A stretch of 64,000 bases of DNA from an uncultured Verrucomicrobiae bacterium (GCA_963812605.1 CAWEWF010000001.1:480001-544000), one strand, 5' to 3'. Counted from the stretch's first letter, positions 48,472-58,650 are shown. A program made the numbers and translations. Notes: a model not told the origin generated them from the letters alone.

Positions 48472-50016
48472 ATGAAGAAGATGCAATGGAGGGGAATGGG
48501 GATTGTAGTTGCACTGTTAGCCATGGGGCTATTCGCAGTTTCCGACATCCGTGCGGACCAGCAAACGATTCAGGTGAGTGTCGGCCAAGCGGTTGCGGTT
48601 CCGAGCGAGAATGTTTCGAAAATTGCCCTCGCCGACCCGTCCATCGCGGACGTCGTAAACCTGTCCGACAAGGAACTTAGCGTCATCGGCAAGAAAGCCG
48701 GTATCACCACGCTGACGATCGTCAAGAGTGATGGCTCGGCAACCCAGATGTACCGCATTGAAGTCGGCAACGACGCCGTCGCGGATACCATCCGCCAGAT
48801 GATCGGGAACACCAACGTCACCGTCCATGCCATTGGCGATGCGCTGGTGCTCGACGGCAAAGTGAACGACGAAATCGAAGCGCAGCGCGCTGCGGCAATC
48901 GCCGGCGCCTACAAGCCGCAGGTCGTCAATCTTTTGGAAGTCTCGAAGCCCCGCCAGATCAAAATTCGTATCCGCATCGCGGAAGTAAATACGGAGGCGA
49001 TCAAGAATATCGGCTTCCAATGGTTTGGACCGCAGGGCCAGGTCCAGTACGCCATGCAGTATCTTGGTGGCGGCTCGATTGTAAACGGATTTGTCCCGAC
49101 CGCCAGCGAGTTTGGCACGGAAGGAACAACGTTCAGTCCGACCACCGTGTCAATGACCCTGCTCCTGGATATGTTGATCACCAAGAGCTATGCGCGGCTT
49201 CTTTCGGAACCCACCTTGGTGACCTTCAGCGGGAAGGAAGCGAGTTTCCTTGTGGGTGAAGAGATTCCCATCGTTCAGCAATTGCCGCAGTCGTTCACGG
49301 TGGAATTCAAGGAAGTCGGCGTGCGCATGAAGATCAAACCCACGTCCGACAGTGAAAACCGGATCAATACAACCATTCACGCGGAAGTTAGTCAGGTGAT
49401 TGGCACCGGCGCGAATGGTATTCCGATTATCGGCGCCAAGACGGCCGATACGACGCTGCAAGCCAGCGATGGGCAGACCATCGTGATTGGTGGTTTGCTG
49501 GAAAACAACGTGGATCGCGACATATTGCGGAAGCTCCCCTGGCTGGCGGAAATCCCGGTCATTGGGGCGCTGTTTCGTGACAAGCAGTTCGACCAGACCA
49601 AGCGCGAAGTTCTGTTTTTCATGACACCGGAAGTGGTCAAGGACGTCGATATGGATACTGCCAATGCCGCAAAGACGCCCGGAATGCAACATTGGGTCAC
49701 GACGTGGAACAAGGGGAAGATGATTCTGCCGCCGGATAAGAAGGACGACTGGGGCTTGCACAATCCTCAGCATATGGGCTTCCCCGTGCAGGACGAGGAT
49801 TCTACAAAGCCGGCCAAGCGGTCCAAGCCAACGGCTTCTACGGCCCCGGCCCCCGCCGCGAAGCCCGCGCCGGCGGCGAAGCCGGCGGCTGCGGCTCCCT
49901 CGGTCGTAACGCCAGCCGTTACGGCCCCACCGACGGCGACCACGCCCCCACCGGCGGCTGGGACTGCGCCTCAGGAGCCATCCACAAACTATTCTCCGTC
50001 CCGCCCGGCGGAGTGA
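48472..50016 (+). CDS. cpaC: Tad secretin CpaC/RcpA with BON domain and Pro/Ala/Thr-rich tail
   Basis: ALADPSIADV, EPTLVTFSGKEASFLVG, GQTIVIGGL, PWLAEIPVIGALF. Confidence 0.92.
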   Translation: MKKMQWRGMGIVVALLAMGLFAVSDIRADQQTIQVSVGQAVAVPSENVSKIALADPSIADVVNLSDKELSVIGKKAGITTLTIVKSDGSATQMYRIEVGNDAVADTIRQMIGNTNVTVHAIGDALVLDGKVNDEIEAQRAAAIAGAYKPQVVNLLEVSKPRQIKIRIRIAEVNTEAIKNIGFQWFGPQGQVQYAMQYLGGGSIVNGFVPTASEFGTEGTTFSPTTVSMTLLLDMLITKSYARLLSEPTLVTFSGKEASFLVGEEIPIVQQLPQSFTVEFKEVGVRMKIKPTSDSENRINTTIHAEVSQVIGTGANGIPIIGAKTADTTLQASDGQTIVIGGLLENNVDRDILRKLPWLAEIPVIGALFRDKQFDQTKREVLFFMTPEVVKDVDMDTANAAKTPGMQHWVTTWNKGKMILPPDKKDDWGLHNPQHMGFPVQDEDSTKPAKRSKPTASTAPAPAAKPAPAAKPAAAAPSVVTPAVTAPPTATTPPPAAGTAPQEPSTNYSPSRPAE

Positions 50017-50038
50017 TGGCCATGACGCTGGTGTTTGC

Positions 50039-50054
50039 CGGTATCGAAATTGCT
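50039..50054 (+). promoter_or_regulatory. Candidate sigma-54 promoter of cpaE
   Basis: CGGTATCGAAATTGCT = GG-N10-GC with TTGCT -12 box. Confidence 0.55.
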
Positions 50055-50087
50055 AGGTAGTAGACTGGCAAAACCGATGTAAGAATT

Positions 50088-51302
50088 ATGGATCGTATCA
50101 CCGTCATCATTGCGGAAAATGAGCTCAGCGAGCGCGAGAAGCTGAAGGGCCAGCTTGCCAATGAGCAGCGCATCGAGGTCATCGGAGAAGCGCGCGACGG
50201 GAAAGAGTGCCTGGAGCTCGTCAAGAAGCAGCGGCCGGCAGTTGTCCTTATCAAGGAAGATCTGCCGGTGGTCAACGGGCTGGCGGTCGCCGAGCAGATC
50301 ACGTCGGAAATGCCCGAAGTGGGCGTGATCCTCATACTGACGGGTTCGGAAGGCCAGGAAGTCTGGCACAAGATGCTTCGCGCCGGTATCAAGGAGTTTC
50401 TTACCCGTCCATTTCCGGACGATCGGCTTCTCGAAGAAGTGCGCAAAGTTCACGGCATCCAGTCCAAGGCGGCGAAACACGCGGCGACGGTGGTTCCCGC
50501 AAAACCCGTCGAGCCCGAAGGCCCAAAACGACGAGTCATCACCGTCACCGGTCCGCGCGGTGGCTGCGGCAAGACAATCATTGCGGCCAATCTCGCGGTG
50601 GCCCTGGCTGGTGTGAGCGAAAAGGTGGCCTTGGTCGACCTGAACCTCTGGGGCGGCGATGTCGCCATGCTCCTGGATGTTGCGCCGAAGCGCACCTTGG
50701 GCGATCTGTTGCCGGGTTTTGGCGGCATCGACTATGATGTGGTTGATAGCGTCATGTCCAAGCACGCGTCGGGGGTCTCGGTGTTGGCCGCGCCGTTGAC
50801 GGGTACATTCGATGGCTCGACGCTCTCCCGTTACATGGTGCAAAGCATCCTCGAAGCCCTGCGCGAGAATTACGAATACACGATCATCGATACCGGCTAC
50901 GCCAATTTGGAGTCCACTCTCGCCGCGATGGATTATTCAGACCTGATCCTCGTGGTGGTGGGCATGGATCTGCCGCGATTGCGCGATGGGAAGCTTTACT
51001 TGAAGAATTTGCTGGCCGCCAATTACCCGAAGGAGAAAATCCGGGTCATTGTCAATCGCTCCACCAATTCGAAGGAAATCTCCTCGTCCGAGGTCGAGAC
51101 GATCCTGGAGTTTCCGGTGACGACGCAGGTTCCGAGCGACGATGCCCTGGTGGGTTCATCGGTGAACCTCGGGCAGGCCTTTGTCAGTTCCAGCCCCGGC
51201 AAGCCGGTGTCCAGGGCGATCCTGGGCCTGGCGGAAATGGTGTCGCCGCTGGCCACGAGCGTGAAGAAACGCTCCGGGAAATGGTTTTCGTTTATACAAT
51301 GA
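50088..51302 (+). CDS. cpaE: CpaE/TadZ (pseudo-receiver + MinD/ParA-like ATPase)
   Basis: Receiver lacking phospho-Asp (VLIKEDLP); GPRGGCGKT; IIDTG. Confidence 0.88.
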   Translation: MDRITVIIAENELSEREKLKGQLANEQRIEVIGEARDGKECLELVKKQRPAVVLIKEDLPVVNGLAVAEQITSEMPEVGVILILTGSEGQEVWHKMLRAGIKEFLTRPFPDDRLLEEVRKVHGIQSKAAKHAATVVPAKPVEPEGPKRRVITVTGPRGGCGKTIIAANLAVALAGVSEKVALVDLNLWGGDVAMLLDVAPKRTLGDLLPGFGGIDYDVVDSVMSKHASGVSVLAAPLTGTFDGSTLSRYMVQSILEALRENYEYTIIDTGYANLESTLAAMDYSDLILVVVGMDLPRLRDGKLYLKNLLAANYPKEKIRVIVNRSTNSKEISSSEVETILEFPVTTQVPSDDALVGSSVNLGQAFVSSSPGKPVSRAILGLAEMVSPLATSVKKRSGKWFSFIQ

Positions 51303-51332
51303 ATGTGAGCGAGGAGGAGGTGCAGCGAATTT

Positions 51333-52631
51333 ATGGCGAACACTCCGGAAATCAGCACACAATTATATCTTGAGTCCAAAAACGCCATCCTGGCGTATTT
51401 GATCCAGAATATTGACCAGAAACTTCTCGAAAAAGGCGACGAGGCGCTGCTGCGACGTCGTGTCGAGGAATTGGTCGAGGAGAAACTTCGCTCCGAAAAA
51501 CTGCCCTTCTCGCGCCAGATGCGCAATCGGTTGGTCTCCGACATGGCCGACGAAATTCTGGGTTTCGGGCCCATCGAACCGTTGCTGCGCGACCCCACCG
51601 TCACCGAAGTCATGGTCAACCGTCCCGATCAGGTGTATTGCGAGCGCTTTGGCAAACTCGAATTGACAGACATCCAATTTCGTGACCTCCAACATATTCG
51701 TCACGTCATCGACAAAATTGTCACCCCGCTGGGCCGGCGCGTGGATGAATCCAGCCCGATGGTGGATGCCCGCCTGCCCGACGGCTCGCGCGTGAACGCC
51801 ATCATCTCGCCGTTGTCGCTCAACGGTCCGGTGCTCACGATTCGTAAGTTTTCCGTTGACCCGTATACCGTGGAAGATCTGATCGGGTTTGGCACACTGA
51901 CCCAGGGCATGGCGGCGTTTCTGGCTGCGTGCGTGAAGGTCAAACTCAACGTGCTGGTTTCGGGCGGTTCTGGCGCGGGCAAGACGACGCTGCTCAATGT
52001 GTTGTCGTCCTTCATTCCCGAAGGCGAGCGCGTGGTCACCGTCGAGGACGCGGCGGAATTGAAGCTCCACCAGCCCCACGTCGTGCGGCTTGAGTCGCGT
52101 CCGCCCAATATCGAGGGCAAGGGCGAGATCAAAATTCGCGACCTTGTCCGCAATTGCCTGCGTATGCGTCCCGACCGCATTGTGGTCGGCGAAGTGCGTG
52201 GCGGTGAGGCGCTCGATATGTTGCAAGCGATGAACACCGGCCATGAAGGCTCCATTTCAACGGTCCACTCCAACACGCCACGTGACGCGCTGGCCCGCCT
52301 GGAGACGATGGTGATGATGTCCGGCATGGACTTGCCCTCGCGCGCTATTCGCGAGCAGATTGCCGCGGCGGTCCATCTGATCGTCCAGATCGGTCGCTTG
52401 AGCGACGGCAGCCGCAAGGTCATCAGCGTGACCGAAATCCAGGGAATGGAAGGCAACGTAATCGTCCTGCAGGACCTGTTCTCCTTCCAGCAGAAGGGTG
52501 TCGGCGAAGGCGGCAAGGTGCTGGGAACGATGCAGGCCACGGGGATGGTGCCGAAATTCATTGACCGCTTCAATGCGGCGAGCATCCATTTGCCCGCGGA
52601 GATCTTTAAGAGAACGAGCGAGGTTCGCTAA
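51333..52631 (+). CDS. cpaF: Tad pilus ATPase CpaF/TadA
   Basis: GGSGAGKTT, EDAAEL, LRMRPDRIVVGEVRG, MNTGHEG. Confidence 0.95.
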   Translation: MANTPEISTQLYLESKNAILAYLIQNIDQKLLEKGDEALLRRRVEELVEEKLRSEKLPFSRQMRNRLVSDMADEILGFGPIEPLLRDPTVTEVMVNRPDQVYCERFGKLELTDIQFRDLQHIRHVIDKIVTPLGRRVDESSPMVDARLPDGSRVNAIISPLSLNGPVLTIRKFSVDPYTVEDLIGFGTLTQGMAAFLAACVKVKLNVLVSGGSGAGKTTLLNVLSSFIPEGERVVTVEDAAELKLHQPHVVRLESRPPNIEGKGEIKIRDLVRNCLRMRPDRIVVGEVRGGEALDMLQAMNTGHEGSISTVHSNTPRDALARLETMVMMSGMDLPSRAIREQIAAAVHLIVQIGRLSDGSRKVISVTEIQGMEGNVIVLQDLFSFQQKGVGEGGKVLGTMQATGMVPKFIDRFNAASIHLPAEIFKRTSEVR

Positions 52632-52632
52632 C

Positions 52633-53625
52633 ATGGCAAGCATAGTACCCATTATCGTCCTGGTCGCGGCGGCGATTTTGTTGCTCGGCTACGGCGTCTA
52701 TTTGCAGGTGACCCGGCGGCGGACCATCCTGGCCGAGCGTCTGGAAACGTACGCCAACATCGAAGAAGAAGCCGCGCGAACCACCGACGAGGAATTGCAA
52801 AAACTGGGTCAGTTCCCGCGGTTTTTGCACATGATATTCGGGCCTGGGTACATGGCGCGCGTGGAGGAAAACCTGGCGCGGGCCGATATTCCCATGCGCC
52901 CCACCGAGTATTTGTTGTTGCGGGCAGTGCTGGTCCTGGTCGGATACCTGATCGGCCGCTATGTCCTGGGCTATCTACACAGCGGTCTCATCCTGGCCGT
53001 GGCGGGTTTCATCGCGCCGATCCTGTTCGTACGCGTCCACCAGAATCGGCGACGATCCAAATTCGTCCGGCAACTGGCCGATGCGCTGATGCTGCTGACC
53101 AACTCCTTGCGTTCAGGCTACGGGTTCCTCAAGGGCCTGGAGCTGGTCGCCAAGGAAATGGGCGATCCGATTTCGAAGGAATTGAACCGCATGTTGCGGG
53201 AGGTCAACCTGGGGACAACCGTGGACGACGCGCTGTTAAACCTCGGGCGACGCATGAACAGTCAGGATTTGGACATTGTCATCGGCGCCTACCTCGTGCA
53301 GAAGGATGTTGGCGGCAATCTGACCGAAATCATGGAGAAGGTGGCCGAGACCATCCGTGAGCGGTTACGTATTCAGGGAGATGTGCGCGTGCTGACGACA
53401 CAAGGGAAGCTCTCGGGATTCATCGTGGGCTTCATGCCCTTCGTGGTCTTTTTGGTCCTCATCCTGTCTGCGCCTGATTATTTCAGCGTCATGTTTGGGC
53501 CGCCCATCTGGACGCATTTTCTGGGTTACGACGTGCCGACGGGCGTGGCGCTGATGGCGGGGGCTGTGGCCTGGCAACTGATTGGGGCCTACATGATTTA
53601 TAAGATCGTCTCCGTAAAGGTCTAA
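52633..53625 (+). CDS. tadB: TadB (T2SS-F family)
   Basis: QLADAL..L..SLRSG, GGNLTEI, TTQGKLSG. Confidence 0.92.
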   Translation: MASIVPIIVLVAAAILLLGYGVYLQVTRRRTILAERLETYANIEEEAARTTDEELQKLGQFPRFLHMIFGPGYMARVEENLARADIPMRPTEYLLLRAVLVLVGYLIGRYVLGYLHSGLILAVAGFIAPILFVRVHQNRRRSKFVRQLADALMLLTNSLRSGYGFLKGLELVAKEMGDPISKELNRMLREVNLGTTVDDALLNLGRRMNSQDLDIVIGAYLVQKDVGGNLTEIMEKVAETIRERLRIQGDVRVLTTQGKLSGFIVGFMPFVVFLVLILSAPDYFSVMFGPPIWTHFLGYDVPTGVALMAGAVAWQLIGAYMIYKIVSVKV

Positions 53626-53626
53626 C

Positions 53627-54554
53627 ATGTTTATTTTCACCATTATCACGGCACTTTTGGCGATCATCTTCGCGGCGGTCGGGTTCTACCGCACATCGGA
53701 CCGGTTTACCGTTGGCAAACGCATCGAACAGATCATGATCACCGATGCGCAGACGGCGGACGAGGAACTGGCGAAACCGTTTGTTCAGCGCGTGTTGTTG
53801 CCGCTCGGTGATTACGTCGCGAAATTGTTTCGCGGATATACACCCGCCGAGATGGCCGAGCGCACGCACAAGAAACTCGTGAAAGCGGGACTGTTCCCGC
53901 GCGTGACCGGGGTGCAATTGGTGGGCTTGTGCTGGTTCAGCGCCTCGGCTTGTGTCCTCATCGTGTTCCTGGTGATTATCGCCAGGGGTTCGCCGGGGAG
54001 GGGTCAGTTACACCGATCCGCTCAATTTGTTGCTCTTGGTGCTCGGTGCGCTGGGTGGATACGGCCTGCCGCAGTTCGTGCTCAGCCGGAAGGTGCGGAC
54101 CCGGCAGGATCTGATCCTCACCAACCTGCCTTATTCGATTGATATTCTTTCGATCAGCGTCGAGGCCGGCATGGGTTTTGACGCCGCAGTCGGCTACACG
54201 ATGCGCAAGATCAAGGGGCCGCTGGCCGAGGAATTTTCCAAGACCCTGAATGAGATCCGCCTGGGCAAACCGCGCCTGGAAGCCCTGGAGGATTTGGGCG
54301 ATCGCACGGGCGTGGACGACTTGAAGACATTCATTACGGCCGTGGTGCATGCCAGTCGCCTGGGCGGCAGCATCACCAATACGCTTCGTATTCAGGCGGA
54401 TTCGATCCGTACCCGCCGCCGTCAGCGCGCGCAAGAACAGGCCATGAAGGCCCCAATCAAGATCGTGTTCCCGTTGGTCCTGTTCATTTTTCCCGCGCTC
54501 TTCATCGTCTTGCTCGGTCCGGCGTTCATTAGCATTTTGCGCCAACTCCAGTAA
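53627..54554 (+). CDS. tadC: TadC; frameshift near 53995
   Basis: LP..ID.LSISVEAGMGFDAA, AMKAPIKIVFPLVLFIFP; split over two frames at a G-run. Confidence 0.88.
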
Positions 54555-54565
54555 ACGGCGCGGGA

Positions 54566-54979
54566 GTGGATTTGATGGTTTTGGTTAACGCCACGAAGAA
54601 AACGGTTGTCTCCGACAATTGCCATTTCGCCAACACCGTCCTGAAACGCATGGTCGGGTTGTTGAATCGTGGACAATTCGACGCGGGTGAAGGCCTGCTG
54701 CTGGACCGTTGCTACGGGATCCATACCTTCGGAATGCGTTTCCCCATCGATGTGCTGTTTCTCGACAAAGACCTCTGCGTCATCCGCGCCGTGAAAGCCC
54801 TGCCGCCGTACCGGACGTGCGTCGTCAAAAAGTCCGTTTACGTCCTGGAAGTTCCCGTTGGGGCGCTCGATGCCTCACGCACGGGCGAAGGCGACCAGAT
54901 TCAAATCCGCACGGCCAACACCGATACCACAAGCAGTGGACGGATGGCCGGGGTGGAAAAGACCCCCACCCAGTCTTAA
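54566..54979 (+). CDS. DUF192 family protein
   Basis: RMVGLL, GEGLL, IHTFGMRFPIDVLFLD, VLEVP. Confidence 0.85.
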   Translation: MDLMVLVNATKKTVVSDNCHFANTVLKRMVGLLNRGQFDAGEGLLLDRCYGIHTFGMRFPIDVLFLDKDLCVIRAVKALPPYRTCVVKKSVYVLEVPVGALDASRTGEGDQIQIRTANTDTTSSGRMAGVEKTPTQS

Positions 54980-55505
54980 TCTCCAGGGCTGGCTTTGGCG
55001 ATCAGGTAATCCCCCGCCACGCGGCAATATTTTTCCGCCCAACCCTTGATCTTTGCGCGTTCTGTCGCGCTAAGAGTGCTGACCACCCTGGCCGGCGCTC
55101 CGTAAACCAGCGAACCCGGGGGACCTGCAACCCTTCGGTCAACAGCGCGGCCGCGCCGATGATGCTCTGCTCGCCGACCACCACGCCGTTCATCAGCACC
55201 GCTCCCATGCCAATCAACACCTCGTCATGCACCGTGCATCCGTGCAGGATCGCGCGGTGCCCCACGGTCACGTAATTGCCCGCCACGCAGGCGTGTTCAT
55301 CGGCAACGTGGCACACGCTGTTGTCCTGGATGTTGGTGTGATGGCCGATGACGACCCGGTTGATGTCGCCGCGCAGCACGCTGCCAAACCAGATGCTCGA
55401 CTGTTCCCCAATTTGCGTGTCACCGATCACCCGCGCGCTGTCGGCGACGAATACGCCTGCGCCCAGTTGCGGCTTTTTGCCCAGGTATTCGAGGAGATTG
55501 CCCAT
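54976..55505 (-). CDS. Gamma carbonic anhydrase family (hexapeptide repeat); frameshift near 55118
   Basis: LRGDIN, TNIQDNSVCH, TVGHRAILHGC; the shifted frame continues SLVYGAPARVV. Confidence 0.88.
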
Positions 55506-55568
55506 GCGCGAATTCTGGCGATGCTCGTTGCAAAATGCAAAGCAGATTTGGCAAGATTCGACCGCCGT

Positions 55569-56123
55569 ATGACCAGGGGAAAACCAACGCCGCCAAAATG
55601 GATCATCGTCCGCCTCGGTGGCGACCTGAACTGGTGGCTCGACGAAGCCAGTACGGACGTGTACTGGGGTGAAGGCGCCCGCGGCCTGCTGGACCCGCGC
55701 CAGGTCGTGTACCTGGTGGAAGCGCTGGAGGAATACCAACCGTACGGTTTTCAGCGTCAGTTGCTCGACGCCGCATTCCAGTTGTTCCAACTCGAGTCCG
55801 AGCTGGATGATGACCGCCTTCGCCTGGCGCCCGCCGAGCAAGACGAGTTTGAGGGTGGTGGGGAACTCTTCGCCCTGCCGCTGATTAATGATGAGGAAAC
55901 AGGTGTCTACTACGATTTTCTCGACGCGCTCAGCGCCGCCCGCATCCGCAAGCTCAACGCCACCCACAACTATGTTCGCGACTGCACGGAGTTGGAGATG
56001 CAGGAGGAACTCGCGGCGCTCGATCGCGACCGCTACGTCGCGTCCGAGAATATTCACCCCTTTGAGGCCATCAACGAAATTCTCGAATGGAGCCCTGCCG
56101 AATGGGACGAACCCAGCTCCTAA
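55569..56123 (+). CDS. Hypothetical acidic protein
   Basis: Open frame with coding-like composition, divergent from the gamma-CA gene and overlapping the amidase start. Confidence 0.7.
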   Translation: MTRGKPTPPKWIIVRLGGDLNWWLDEASTDVYWGEGARGLLDPRQVVYLVEALEEYQPYGFQRQLLDAAFQLFQLESELDDDRLRLAPAEQDEFEGGGELFALPLINDEETGVYYDFLDALSAARIRKLNATHNYVRDCTELEMQEELAALDRDRYVASENIHPFEAINEILEWSPAEWDEPSS

Positions 56124-57275
56124 TTCTTCTCGTCGCAACCATCTCGGGCACAGTGGCTTTGGCTGACGATTGGTCGGCCTTGGAGCGCTATCAGCAAACA
56201 ATTACTCGCGCCGAGTTTGAAACTCTTCTCGCGAACGTCTACTGCCCATCGGGCGCGCTGACGAATTATCTGACCTATGGCACAAACTCCGTCGCGTGTT
56301 TATACCTCGACAGACAAGACCAATTCGTCGCTTTTCACGTTGGAGTTTGCCTCCAGGACCTCATCCAGCTTACCTCATCATCCATTTTTGAAGCGCATTG
56401 CGCTCGATCCCGGCCATATCGGCGGTGCCTGGGCCCGAATGGAGGAGCGTTTTTTCGAGCGCGGCAAGGACCGCCCGGTGCAGGAAGCCGAACTTAATCT
56501 CATGGTCGCCCGCCTGCTCAAGGCACGGCTTGAAGCGGCGGGAGCACAAGTGTTCCTGACCAAGGACAACTTCGAGCCCGTGACCGACAAACGGCCGGAG
56601 AACTTCCAGGCGCAGGCCGAACAAGAGATCAAGGAGTCCGCACGCTTTGACACCTTCCCGCCCCTGGAACGCGAAGCGGCGTTTGCCGACGCCGTCCGCA
56701 AGCGCGCCGAATTGATCTTTTACCGCAGCTCCGAGATAGCCGCCCGCGCCAGGATGCTCAACGAGAAAATCAAGCCGGACCTGACCGTCTGCCTGCACGT
56801 CAACGCCGTCGAGTGGGATGAATGCCACAGTCTGGTGGATGACAACCGGCTGGCGGTCTTTGTGCATGGCAACTATCTGGCGTCGGAATTGAAGGACGAC
56901 GACCAAAAGCTGCGGTTGTTGGAAAAGCTCCTGGAGCGCTCACATCCCACGGAGTTGGTCGTTGCCGAGGCGCTGGCAGCCGCGCTCGCGAAAGCCACCA
57001 AACTCCCGCCGGTGGACTACGGTCCGAACAGCGGCTCAGTTCATGCGGGCGACAACCCGTACGTCTTCGCCCGCAACCTCGCGGCCAACCGACTCGTTAA
57101 CGGCCCTGTCGTCTTTCTTGAACCGTACTACCAGAACAATCGCGTCACCTACCAGCGCATCCAGATGGGCGACTACGAGGGTCTGCGCAACGTGAACGGC
57201 GAGCCCATGAAAAGCATTTTCCACGAGTACGCCGACGCTGTGGCAGAGGGATTGAGCGGATTAATTGCTCGGTAG
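56102..57275 (+). CDS. N-acetylmuramoyl-L-alanine amidase (Amidase_3); frameshift near 56293
   Basis: Signal peptide; IALDPGH, EAELNL, CLHVNA, VFLEPY. Confidence 0.8.
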
Positions 57276-57491
57276 CTTGTGGCGGAACTGCTCCACCAAT
57301 CGACGGAAGCGGCTCTCATAGAGCATCTCGTAAAAGCGAAACCGCTCGGGAAACAGGCGCGCGGCCTCCGTGCGCAGAAACAACCGCTCGATGCCGATGT
57401 CGCGCTCGGAAATATCGGTCGCCACAATGAGAAAGCTGAGACGATCGACGCGCCGTTGGAACCTGCGATAGGCCTGTTCACTGGGAAACAT
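57261..57491 (-). CDS. Small hypothetical protein
   Basis: 76-aa ORF (…LFPERFRFYEMLYESRFRRLVEQFR) with helical pattern. Confidence 0.55.
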   Translation of the reverse strand: MFPSEQAYRRFQRRVDRLSFLIVATDISERDIGIERLFLRTEAARLFPERFRFYEMLYESRFRRLVEQFRHKLPSN

Positions 57492-57603
57492 GCAGGTACG
57501 GTAGCACAGCTTTAAGGAGGACGCGAACGACCCATCTGGAACTGGCTGGCCGGAAGGCACTTTTCGAGTTGATTTTTCCAGATGACGCACCCAGAATGGC
57601 GTC

Positions 57604-58161
57604 GTGATTTTGGCAATCTTGATGGTATTGGGGGCGGGGATTTTCCGGCTGGCGGCCTCCGAGTTCCACTGGTGGAACATCGCGCCGCTGGCCGCCATGG
57701 CTTTGATCGGCGGCATGTATCTCGGACGCCGCTTTGCACTGTGGGTGCCGTTGGCGGTGCTGGTGGTGACCGACGTTATCCTCAATCTGCAAATGCATTA
57801 CCCCGCATTTTACTGGCCGCGTGTGTTTGATTACGGCGCGTTTCTGCTGATTGGGCTGCTTGGCCTATGGACGCGCGAACGAAAGCCAGGCGTCAAGATC
57901 GGCGCGGCGATTGCGACACCATTCCTTTTCTTCCTGATCAGCAATTTCGCCGTCTGGCTGTTCGGGATGAGTTCCGCGAACGCGCCCTACGCCAAGACAT
58001 ATCCTGGTCTGGCGGAATGCTACACCGCTGGCTTGCCGTTCCTGCGCGGCACCGTGAAAGGCGATTGGGCATTTATGGCCGTGTTCGCCCTGACCGCCGT
58101 GCTCGTAAGGTATTTCTCAGCCGAACGCCAGCCCGGCTTGGTGTCGGAAGCCCGCGCCTGA
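57604..58161 (+). CDS. DUF6580-like putative transporter component; start uncertain
   Basis: NIAPLAAMALIGG, FFLISNFAVW, GLAECYTAGLPF. Confidence 0.7.
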   Translation: MILAILMVLGAGIFRLAASEFHWWNIAPLAAMALIGGMYLGRRFALWVPLAVLVVTDVILNLQMHYPAFYWPRVFDYGAFLLIGLLGLWTRERKPGVKIGAAIATPFLFFLISNFAVWLFGMSSANAPYAKTYPGLAECYTAGLPFLRGTVKGDWAFMAVFALTAVLVRYFSAERQPGLVSEARA

Positions 58162-58164
58162 GAC

Positions 58165-58377
58165 TCAGGCGTTCTTGGGACCGGCGACAAGCAACACGAG
58201 GCCGCCCGCCAACATCAATGCACCCGCGACCGGGGGGACGAAGTGGCTGTGGGTGGTTTCGATATGCGCTCCGAGGAAATCGATGGGCTTTCCCGGGGTC
58301 TTGTACGTGATGCCCGAGTAGGCGAGTACCACGATGCCGAGGGCAACCAGGACCAGTGCAATCATTTTCATATTCAT
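58165..58377 (-). CDS. DUF3185-like small two-TM protein
   Basis: TM-GITYKT...PPVAG-TM pattern. Confidence 0.6.
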   Translation of the reverse strand: MNMKMIALVLVALGIVVLAYSGITYKTPGKPIDFLGAHIETTHSHFVPPVAGALMLAGGLVLLVAGPKNA

Positions 58378-58414
58378 GAAATCTCCATTTTTGTTGTTTC
58401 GATTTCGCTGTGGT

Positions 58415-58564
58415 TTACACGGGCCTTCGCCCCGAGATGACATTGACCAGGATCATGATCACGGCGATTACCAGCAGGACGTGAATAAACCCGCCGATCG
58501 CGTAACCAGTTATCAGCCCCAGCAACCATAGAACAATTAGTACTACTGCGATTGTATATAACAT
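58415..58564 (-). CDS. lmo0937 family small membrane protein
   Basis: MLYTIAVVLIVLWLLG...GGFIHVLLVIA...GRR. Confidence 0.88.
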   Translation of the reverse strand: MLYTIAVVLIVLWLLGLITGYAIGGFIHVLLVIAVIMILVNVISGRRPV

Positions 58565-58650
58565 TTGGTTCTCCCTTTGGTTTGATTTGGATTCACTACC
58601 GACTGGTGTGGGCATCATGGCCTCTTCACCAGCCGGCAATGAGTTAATGT

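Noticed and set aside
50088-50450. Degenerate receiver in CpaE as a novelty
   Set aside because: Atypical receiver domains are a known feature of CpaE/TadZ proteins
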